Below are positions 29,339-36,631 of a DNA stretch of 64,000 nucleotides, in pieces. Numbering within the stretch: position 1 is the first letter of the stretch; every line of letters starts with the position of its first letter. The stretch is from Clostridia bacterium (GTDB lineage Bacteria > Bacillota > Clostridia > Oscillospirales > CAG-272), in NCBI GenBank assembly GCA_017621475.1, contig JAGATA010000002.1, positions 14,625 to 78,624 on the forward strand, written 5' to 3'. The position numbers were made by a program, and so were the translations under genes. Under the pieces are notes generated by a model. That model made no database searches and was not told the DNA's origin. It saw only the letters and a program-made list of their open reading frames with translations.

Positions 29339-29812
29339 TTATTTTTCCATCCTTTCAAGAAGCTTTACAAAGGTGCTGTGCTCTATACCCTCTATAAAAG
29401 AGCGATCAAGGCAATGCACCGTATATTCATCCCCATTTTGATCTATGGTTATCGTACCGGGGGTAAGCGTTATGGAGTTTGAAAGAAGCATACGGGAAAA
29501 ACTTTTTTTCAGCGGTATCTTAACTTTCACAACGGCGGGAGAAATTTTTTTCTTTTTATTCAGTATAATAACTATAACGGCGTAATTGGATTTTATCATT
29601 TCCCATATCAGCACCGCCGCATACGCTATAAGCAAAAAAGCATTACGCCAAAAGTAAAGCTCCGCTTTCGGTTTAAGTCCCAGCGCAGACATGGCAAAGA
29701 TATATACAAGCAAAGTTACGATAAGCCCGGATATAATTATCTGCACCATACCCAAATCGGTCGTAAATCTGCCGTTCAAAATTATCCAAAGCAAAAACAA
29801 CAATACTGCCAT
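29339..29812 (-). CDS. mrpE: MrpE/MnhE subunit
   Basis: MAVLLFLLWIILNGRFT N-terminus typical of MnhE. ATG 29812 has a GAAAGGAAG RBS. The longer ORF to 29881 runs through a terminator-like hairpin. Confidence 0.7.
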   Translation of the reverse strand: MAVLLFLLWIILNGRFTTDLGMVQIIISGLIVTLLVYIFAMSALGLKPKAELYFWRNAFLLIAYAAVLIWEMIKSNYAVIVIILNKKKKISPAVVKVKIPLKKSFSRMLLSNSITLTPGTITIDQNGDEYTVHCLDRSFIEGIEHSTFVKLLERMEK

Positions 29813-29833
29813 AAACAACTTCCTTTCAAATTT

Positions 29834-29870
29834 AAAAAATAAAACCGCGCGCCGTACTTCGGACACGCGG
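29834..29870 (-). terminator. Terminator-like hairpin plus U-tract inside the mrp 5-prime leader (candidate attenuator)
   Basis: Minus strand reads CCGCGTGTCCGAAGTACGGCGCGCGG followed by TTTTATTTTTT. It lies between a TGnTATAAT-like -10 (29904-29912) and the mrpE RBS. Confidence 0.45.
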
Positions 29871-29963
29871 AGTGCGTTCATATTTTGTTCCCAATATTTT
29901 TACATTATAGCACTCTAAATTAAAAATATCAATAGATTATATTCCATAAAACTCAATAATAGA

Positions 29964-29992
29964 TTGACTTAATTTTATAAAAATTATATAAT
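29964..29992 (+). promoter_or_regulatory. Sigma-A consensus promoter for rnfCDGEAB
   Basis: TTGACT-17 nt-TATAAT, about 75 nt upstream of the rnfC ATG. Confidence 0.6.
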
Positions 29993-30067
29993 TATAGTTA
30001 TACCATTATACAAATACTTTTTCGGATACAAAAAAAATCTGAAGAAAAAATAATCAAGAGGTGAAAT

Positions 30068-31393
30068 ATGTCTTTTTATCTGCACGGTGTTCACCTTCCG
30101 CACAGGAAGAAAACCTCCGATATGGAGCCTGTACGTATGAGCGCTCCCCAAAAGATAGTTCTGCCCATGTCCATGCATATAGGTGCTCCTGCTGTTCCTT
30201 GCGTAAAAGCAGGAGATCATGTTGATATAGGTACGCTTGTCGGTTCTCAGAGCGGATATGTCAGTTCTCCCATATACTCAAGCGTTTCCGGCACTGTCAA
30301 AAAAATCGATGACATTCTGCTTTCGAGCGGCAAGCCTTGCCCTGCCGTTATAGTGGAATCTGACGGGCTTATGACGTTCGACCAAAATATCGCCCCTCCC
30401 GAAATGAACGGTTACGAAGATCTTATCGCCGCCGTAAAAGCAAGCGGCGTTGTCGGCCTTGGCGGTGCGGGTTTTCCCACGCACGTAAAGCTCGACGTTA
30501 AGGATATTTCAAAAATACAGGAGCTTATTATAAACGGCGCGGAATGTGAGCCTTACATCACAAGCGACACGCGCACTATGATAGATAAAGCGCACGAGAT
30601 AGAAAACGCCATATCTATCTTTGAAAAATTTCTCGGCGTTAAGAAAACGATAATCGGTATCGAGGAAAACAAAAAGAAAGCCATTGCAAAAATGCGTGAG
30701 ATTGCGCAAAGAAACCCAAGAGTCGAAGTAAAGGTTCTTCCCGGTGTCTATCCGCAGGGCGGCGAAAAAGTCCTTGTTTACCATACCACGGGCAAGGTCA
30801 TTCCCGCAGGCAAACTGCCGCTTGACGTTGGCTGCATCGTTTGCAACTGCACAACGATGGCGGCTATCTCCAACTTCATAAAAACGGGGATTCCGCTTGT
30901 AAACAAGTGCGTCACCGTTGATGGAAGTGCCGTAAAAGAGCCGAAAAATGTAATAGTTCCCATCGGAACGCCCATTTCGGACGTTTTTGAGTTTTGCGGA
31001 GGATTTTCCGAAGAACCGCAAAAAGTCCTCTACGGCGGGCCTATGATGGGTATTTCAGTACCGGACACAAGCCTTCCCGTACTCAAAAACACAAACGCGC
31101 TCCTTGCTTTCGGCGAAAAAGAAGCAAAACGCCCACAATCCACCCAATGCATACATTGCGGTCTTTGCGTATCTCACTGCCCCGTTAGCCTTTCCCCCGT
31201 CGGCATTGCAAAAGCTTATAAAAGCGGAAACGCAGAAGCTCTTGCAAAGCTTCGCGTGGATATATGTATGGAATGCGGCTGTTGCTCCTATGTTTGCCCC
31301 GCAAAGCGTCCGCTTGTGGAAACGAATAAAATGTCAAAAACTCTCCTGCGCGAATATATGGACGCGCAGAAAGCAAAGGAGGGCGCAAAATGA
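30068..31393 (+). CDS. rnfC: Rnf complex subunit C
   Basis: GLGGAGFPTHVKL plus two 4Fe-4S motifs, CIHCGLCVSHCP and CMECGCCSYVCP. Confidence 0.93.
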   Translation: MSFYLHGVHLPHRKKTSDMEPVRMSAPQKIVLPMSMHIGAPAVPCVKAGDHVDIGTLVGSQSGYVSSPIYSSVSGTVKKIDDILLSSGKPCPAVIVESDGLMTFDQNIAPPEMNGYEDLIAAVKASGVVGLGGAGFPTHVKLDVKDISKIQELIINGAECEPYITSDTRTMIDKAHEIENAISIFEKFLGVKKTIIGIEENKKKAIAKMREIAQRNPRVEVKVLPGVYPQGGEKVLVYHTTGKVIPAGKLPLDVGCIVCNCTTMAAISNFIKTGIPLVNKCVTVDGSAVKEPKNVIVPIGTPISDVFEFCGGFSEEPQKVLYGGPMMGISVPDTSLPVLKNTNALLAFGEKEAKRPQSTQCIHCGLCVSHCPVSLSPVGIAKAYKSGNAEALAKLRVDICMECGCCSYVCPAKRPLVETNKMSKTLLREYMDAQKAKEGAK

Positions 31394-32313
31394 GCAAGCT
31401 TCGCATCTCTGTTTCTCCCCATATTCACAGTCCCATCACGACACAGCGCATCATGCTGGACGTGATAATCGCACTTATTCCCACGCTTATTGCAGGAACG
31501 GTAATATTCGGTCTTCGCGCACTCGCCGTTGTTGCCGTGTGCGTGGCATTTTCCGTGCTTTCGGAATTTATTTTCAATAAGATCTGCAAAAAAGAGCTTA
31601 CCATAAATGATTTAAGTGCTGTCGTAACGGGACTTTTGCTCGGATTGGGGCTTCCTGCCAATGTGCCGCTTTGGCAAGCGGCTGTCGGCGCGGTATTCGC
31701 CATCGTCGTTGTAAAATGTCTTTTCGGCGGTATCGGTCAGAACTTTGCAAACCCCGCCATCACGGGCAGAGTTTTTATGATAATTACATTCGGCTCTCTT
31801 GCAAATGCGGCTTACCCCACAGTAGTTGACACAGCTTCGGGCGCAACACCGCTTGTAACACTTTCGGAGGGAGGCTCTGTGGAAATAACTGATCTTATCC
31901 TGGGGCTTCGCGGCGGCGCTATAGGCGAGACCTGCACGATCGCCCTCATTATTGGAGGTATTTACCTTGTAGCACGTAAGGTCATCGTGCCGCATACGCC
32001 CGTAACGTTTATTGCAACGGTATTTATCCTTTCTTTTGCAGTAACACTTGACGCTTACACAGCGCTTTGCTACACTCTTTCGGGCGGTCTTTTCATAAGC
32101 GCTATATTTATGGCAACGGACTATTCCACAACGCCTCTTACAAAATGGGGCAAGGTCATCTTCGGTGTTGGCGCAGGTGCGCTCACCGTCCTCATAAGAT
32201 TCTGGGGCGTATATCCCGAAGGCATTTCCTTCGCAATCCTCCTTATGAACATCCTTTCGCCTTATATCGATAAATGGACGGCGAAAAAACCTTTCGGAGG
32301 TGTTGCTAAATGA
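31390..32313 (+). CDS. rnfD: Rnf complex subunit D
   Basis: NqrB/RnfD-type polytopic protein with a DTASGATPL flavinylation motif. 4-nt overlap with rnfC. Confidence 0.93.
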   Translation: MSKLRISVSPHIHSPITTQRIMLDVIIALIPTLIAGTVIFGLRALAVVAVCVAFSVLSEFIFNKICKKELTINDLSAVVTGLLLGLGLPANVPLWQAAVGAVFAIVVVKCLFGGIGQNFANPAITGRVFMIITFGSLANAAYPTVVDTASGATPLVTLSEGGSVEITDLILGLRGGAIGETCTIALIIGGIYLVARKVIVPHTPVTFIATVFILSFAVTLDAYTALCYTLSGGLFISAIFMATDYSTTPLTKWGKVIFGVGAGALTVLIRFWGVYPEGISFAILLMNILSPYIDKWTAKKPFGGVAK

Positions 32314-33473
32314 AAAAATCAATACAAAGCATCGTAACTCTCACGCTTATTTGCGTTGTTATTTCCGCGCTTCTCGCCGCTGTTAACTTCGTAACAGCAC
32401 CGATAATAGAAAAAGCGGAAGCGCAAAAAGCAAATGAAGCGCTTCTCGTCGTTATGCCGAACGGAAAAGACTTTAAGGAGCTTTCCGTCTCGGATTACGA
32501 GCTTCCAAGCTCTGTTGTCAACCTCTACAGCGAGGAAAGCGGCGGTTATATCTTCAAAATGGTAACAACGGGTTATTCCTCAGGTCTTACCGTTATGTGC
32601 GGCATCGATAAAGACGGAAAGGTAACGGGCGCTGTCTGCCTTGCAAGCGGAGAGACTCTTGGATATGAAAAGACTTACGGTGAAAACTTTAAAGGGCTTG
32701 ACGCTTCCGCGGCAGACGGTATTGACACCATCTCCGGTGCAACAAAAACGACCTCCGCATACAAAAACGCAATAAAGGACGCACTCAACTCCTTTATAAT
32801 CGTAAACGGCGGAAGCGTTGATATACGCACGGAAGAAGAAATCCTTGCGGACAACCTCTCGGTAGCACTCCCGAACGGCGCAAATTTTGCAAAAGAGTTC
32901 ATTACCGAAGTTCTTGACGGTGTTTCTGCGATATATAAAGCAGGCAACGGCGAAGGTTTTGTAGTTGTTTCGGGCGAAAAATTTATCGGTATCGATAAAA
33001 GCGGCAATGTAATAGGAGAAAACGAGGGAGAAATAAAAGCTCTCGCCCTCTCCGCGCTTGAAAAACACAAAAATTCCACACATTCGGAAATAGACATTTC
33101 CTCCTACGAGGGGATTTCCGAAAGAATAGAAAAAGCATATAAAACAGAAAGCGGAAATTATATCTTCGACCTTGCGGCGGCGGGCTACGGAATAAACGGA
33201 AGTTACCACGCATCGGGCGAATATATCCGCATAAAAGTAAGCGCCACGCAGGACGGCAAAATAATCTCCTGTCTCACCGTTTCCCAAAATGAAACGGAGG
33301 GCATCGGATCCGAATGTGCAAAGCCCTCATACTACGAGCAGTATAACGGCAAAACGGAAAACACGATATCGGAGGTCGATGCCATCGGCGGCGCAACGCT
33401 TACAAGCAGAGGCTACAGCACGGCTGTTTCAAAGGTATTTGAAGCTATAAAAATATTGAAAGGAGCAAACTGA
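32310..33473 (+). CDS. rnfG: Rnf complex subunit G, duplicated (two FMN-binding modules)
   Basis: N-terminal TM anchor. First module ends in DTISGATKTT (T145) and second module ends in DAIGGATLTS (T363). At 387 aa it is roughly twice the length I recall for ordinary RnfG. Confidence 0.88.
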   Translation: MKKSIQSIVTLTLICVVISALLAAVNFVTAPIIEKAEAQKANEALLVVMPNGKDFKELSVSDYELPSSVVNLYSEESGGYIFKMVTTGYSSGLTVMCGIDKDGKVTGAVCLASGETLGYEKTYGENFKGLDASAADGIDTISGATKTTSAYKNAIKDALNSFIIVNGGSVDIRTEEEILADNLSVALPNGANFAKEFITEVLDGVSAIYKAGNGEGFVVVSGEKFIGIDKSGNVIGENEGEIKALALSALEKHKNSTHSEIDISSYEGISERIEKAYKTESGNYIFDLAAAGYGINGSYHASGEYIRIKVSATQDGKIISCLTVSQNETEGIGSECAKPSYYEQYNGKTENTISEVDAIGGATLTSRGYSTAVSKVFEAIKILKGAN

Positions 33474-33475
33474 AT

Positions 33476-34201
33476 ATGAAAGAACAAAACAAGCTTTCCA
33501 TAATACTAAAGGGTCTGCTCCTTGAAAACCCCGTTTTCGTGCTTGTGCTTGGAACTTGCCCCACACTTGCCACAACAACGAGCGTCATCGGCGCACTCAG
33601 TATGGGTCTTGCCGCCGCGGCGGTGCTCATCTGCTCCAACGTTGTTATATCTCTTTTGGGCAAGCTCATCCCCGACAAGGTCCGCATACCCTGCTATATA
33701 GTTATCATCGCAGGCTTTGTGACCCTTGTTCAGATGCTGATGCACGCATATCTGCCCGAGCTTTATGAGCTGCTGGGCATTTACCTTGCGCTCATAACCG
33801 TAAACTGCATAATACTCGGTAGGGCGGAAATGTTCGCAAGCAAAAACGGTGTTCTTGAATCCGCGCTGGACGGCGTTGGTATGGGCCTTGGCTTCACGCT
33901 CGCGCTCCTTGCTATGGCAACGGTACGCGAAGTGTTCGGAAACGGCTCTTTTGCAGGCTTTGCCATCCCGTTCCTCGAAAATTACAGGATAGATTTTCTG
34001 ATCAAACCGCCGGGTGGATTTCTTATTTTCGGCGTGATGATCGCTATAGTCAACGCCGCAACAAAGTGCAAGGCAATAAAGAAAAAAGATTTCGGCTGCG
34101 AGGGTTGCCCTTCCGCTTCCGTCTGCCGTGCAAAGCCTTGCGCGGCGGCAGACGAAAACCTTACCACCAAGGTAGGAAACACGCAAAAGGAGGAAAAATA
34201 A
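33476..34201 (+). CDS. rnfE: Rnf complex subunit E with Cys-rich C-terminal tail
   Basis: LENPVFVLVLGTCPTLATTT and ALITVNCIILGRAE (NqrD/RnfE motifs). A tail of about 45 aa reads KCKAIKKKDFGCEGCPSASVCRAKPC. Confidence 0.9.
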   Translation: MKEQNKLSIILKGLLLENPVFVLVLGTCPTLATTTSVIGALSMGLAAAAVLICSNVVISLLGKLIPDKVRIPCYIVIIAGFVTLVQMLMHAYLPELYELLGIYLALITVNCIILGRAEMFASKNGVLESALDGVGMGLGFTLALLAMATVREVFGNGSFAGFAIPFLENYRIDFLIKPPGGFLIFGVMIAIVNAATKCKAIKKKDFGCEGCPSASVCRAKPCAAADENLTTKVGNTQKEEK

Positions 34202-34204
34202 GCT

Positions 34205-34804
34205 ATGGATACTTTCAGAAATTTAATAATCATTCTTATGTCCTCCGTTCTTGTGAACAACTATGTGTTAAGCCGCTTCCTTGGGATCTGCCCGTTCCTG
34301 GGCGTTTCCAAAAAGCTCGATCAAGCTACGGGTATGGGTGTTTCCGTAATCTTCGTAATGCTTGTTGCAACCGCGGCAACGTGGCCCATACAGCACTTTG
34401 TCCTTGATGAGCTTGGTCTTGGCTATATGCAGACCATCGTATTCATTCTCGTTATTGCCGCGCTGGTGCAGTTTATAGAGATCGTGCTGAAGAAATATAT
34501 TCCCTCGCTCCACGCGAGCCTTGGCGTATATCTGCCCCTTATCACAACGAACTGTGCAGTTCTCGGCGTTACGATCAACAATATCACGGACGGCTATAAT
34601 TTTATCGAATCCCTTGTCAGCTCGCTCGGCGCGGGTCTTGGCTTTTTGCTCGCTATGGTGCTCTTCTCCGGCGTGCGCTCAAGAATTGAAAACTGCGATG
34701 CGCCCGAATGCTTCAAGGGCTTGCCCGTAACGCTTATAGCCGCTTCCATCGTTTCGCTTGCATTCTTCGGCTTTGCGGGCGTTGTGGACGGGCTGTTCGC
34801 GTAA
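34205..34804 (+). CDS. rnfA: Rnf complex subunit A
   Basis: NNYVLSRFLGICPFLGVS and PLITTNCAVLGV (NqrE/RnfA motifs). Confidence 0.93.
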   Translation: MDTFRNLIIILMSSVLVNNYVLSRFLGICPFLGVSKKLDQATGMGVSVIFVMLVATAATWPIQHFVLDELGLGYMQTIVFILVIAALVQFIEIVLKKYIPSLHASLGVYLPLITTNCAVLGVTINNITDGYNFIESLVSSLGAGLGFLLAMVLFSGVRSRIENCDAPECFKGLPVTLIAASIVSLAFFGFAGVVDGLFA

Positions 34805-34816
34805 GGAGGTGCCGAT

Positions 34817-35617
34817 ATGATAACAGATATTCTTACAGCCGTGGCGGTCGTTGCCGCTGTCGGCATTATATGCGCGGTGCTTCTCGCTCTTGCCTCCCAC
34901 TTTATGAGCGTTAAAAGCGACGAGCGAGTTGGCAGTATACGCGAATGTCTTCCCGGTGCAAACTGCGGCGCATGCGGCTACACAGGCTGCGACAGCTATG
35001 CAAAAGCTATCGTAGAGGAGGGCGCGAAAACCAACCTCTGCGTTCCCGGTGCCACAGCCGTGGCAGAGAAAGTTGCCGCCATCCTCGGTGTCGAGGCAGA
35101 TGCCGTTGAAAGCCGCACGGCTTTCGTTCACTGCAACGGACACAACGGAGCCGCGGAAGAAAAAGCCATCTACGAAGGCATTAAAAGCTGCAAGTCCGAA
35201 TGTCTTATATACGGCGGCTCGAAAGCCTGCATCTATGCTTGTGTAGGTTGCGGAGATTGCGCCTCTGTTTGTCCCAAGAACGCCATCTGCGTTGAGGACG
35301 GCGTTGCAAGGATAAACAAAAAGCTTTGCATCGGTTGCGGTCTTTGCGTAAAGACCTGCCCCAAGGGAATAATCTCTCTCATTCCGACAGATGCAAAAGC
35401 AATAGTTATTTGCAGTAATAAAGAAAAAGGCGCAGTCGTTCGCAAGGAATGCACAAACGGCTGTATCGCCTGCAAAAAATGCGAAAAGACCTGCCCTTCG
35501 GATGCGATCCACGTGGAAAACGACCTTGCCGTTATCGATTACGGCAAGTGCATCTCCTGCGGCAAATGTGCCGAGGTCTGCCCTGTGGGGTGCATACTTT
35601 TTCCGAAAGAAAAGTAG
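34817..35617 (+). CDS. rnfB: Rnf complex subunit B
   Basis: N-terminal TM span, a CLPGANCGACGYTGC cluster, then four CxxCxxCxxxCP ferredoxin motifs. Confidence 0.93.
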   Translation: MITDILTAVAVVAAVGIICAVLLALASHFMSVKSDERVGSIRECLPGANCGACGYTGCDSYAKAIVEEGAKTNLCVPGATAVAEKVAAILGVEADAVESRTAFVHCNGHNGAAEEKAIYEGIKSCKSECLIYGGSKACIYACVGCGDCASVCPKNAICVEDGVARINKKLCIGCGLCVKTCPKGIISLIPTDAKAIVICSNKEKGAVVRKECTNGCIACKKCEKTCPSDAIHVENDLAVIDYGKCISCGKCAEVCPVGCILFPKEK

Positions 35618-35671
35618 GATATCGGATTCTACCTGAGAGGAAGGCTCAATTCGCACAATTTCATATGTTAT

Positions 35672-35705
35672 AAAAAAACAAGGCGGCAAATGCCGCCTTG
35701 TTACT
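35672..35705 (+). terminator. Hairpin after rnfB (weak plus-strand U-tract)
   Basis: AAAAAAACAAGGCGGCA-AA-TGCCGCCTTGTTACTT. The stem is strong. The T-tract is better on the minus strand, so termination may be partial. Confidence 0.5.
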
Positions 35706-35718
35706 TAAAGGAGTGTTT

Positions 35719-36090
35719 ATGGAAAAGAAAAAGATACGAAACGATATTATCCTTGCCGTTTGCGTGCTTGCGGCATCGCTCATTGCGCTCGCCGTATTCC
35801 TTTGTGTGCGCGCACGCGGCTCTTACGCCGTTGTACTTATCGACGGCAAGGAAACGGCACGCTATTCCCTTTCCGAAAATGCGGAAATAGAAATAAAAAG
35901 CGAAAACGGCGTAAATACTCTGAAAATAGAAAACGGCAAGGCGAGCGTCATCTCTGCCTCCTGCCCCGACGGCATATGCACCGCGCACCGCGCAGTGCGC
36001 TACGGCGGCGAGGTCATCGTTTGCCTGCCGAACAAGCTTGTAATAAGGATAGATTCCGCAAGTAACGGCGGAGTTGACGCGGTATCGTGA
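35719..36090 (+). CDS. NusG domain II-containing membrane-anchored protein
   Basis: N-terminal TM span, then SCPDGICTAHRAV...VIVCLPNKLVIRI, the pattern of NusG_II (DUF1312-like) proteins. AAAGGAG RBS. Confidence 0.75.
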   Translation: MEKKKIRNDIILAVCVLAASLIALAVFLCVRARGSYAVVLIDGKETARYSLSENAEIEIKSENGVNTLKIENGKASVISASCPDGICTAHRAVRYGGEVIVCLPNKLVIRIDSASNGGVDAVS

Positions 36091-36091
36091 T

Positions 36092-36583
36092 ATGAAAACA
36101 AAAAACATTGCTTTTATAGGTCTTCTCTGCTCCGTTTCGCTTATACTTGCATATATAGAAGCGCTTTTGCCGCCGATATACGCTGCCGCACCCGGAATAA
36201 AGCTCGGTCTTGCAAATATTATGAGCGTTTTTGCTCTATACAAATACGGAGCAAAAGAAGCCGCAACGGTATGTCTAATCAGAATATCGCTTTCCGCGCT
36301 TCTTTTCGGAAACCCTTGGTCGCTTGCATACAGCGCCGCGGGCGCGGTTTTGAGCCTTGCCGTTATGATCCTTTTAAAGCTTTCGGGAAAATTTTCTCCC
36401 GTCGGTGTAAGTATTGCGGGCGGTGTTTGCCATAATTTAGGGCAGATACTTCTTGCAATGATGGTGCTCAAAACAATCGGTCTTGGCTTATATATGGCTG
36501 TGCTTGCTATAACGGGAACGATCGCGGGCGTGCTTGTCGGATTTTGTGCTTCGCTTATGCTCAAATATTTAAAAAAAGTTTAA
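36092..36583 (+). CDS. Gx transporter family protein (HepT component I-like membrane protein)
   Basis: LAYIEALLPPIYAAAPGIKLGLANIMSVFALY...LIRISLSALLFGN with 5 TM spans. The start overlaps the previous stop (TGATATG). Confidence 0.7.
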   Translation: MKTKNIAFIGLLCSVSLILAYIEALLPPIYAAAPGIKLGLANIMSVFALYKYGAKEAATVCLIRISLSALLFGNPWSLAYSAAGAVLSLAVMILLKLSGKFSPVGVSIAGGVCHNLGQILLAMMVLKTIGLGLYMAVLAITGTIAGVLVGFCASLMLKYLKKV

Positions 36584-36611
36584 AAAAGGCAGGTTTTAAA
36601 ACCTGCCTTTT
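36582..36611. terminator. Bidirectional intrinsic terminator
   Basis: AAAAAAGGCAGGTTTTAAAACCTGCCTTTT. Confidence 0.8.
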
Positions 36612-36631
36612 CGTTTACCTATTCGGTTTTA

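Noticed and set aside
29813-29881. An N-terminal extension of MrpE (MNALRVSEVRRAVLFFKFERKLF) is suggested by the ORF track.
   Set aside because: The ATG at 29881 has only a weak RBS, and the extension is encoded by a terminator-like hairpin plus T-tract. The ATG at 29812 has a GAAAGGAAG RBS and gives the canonical MnhE N-terminus.
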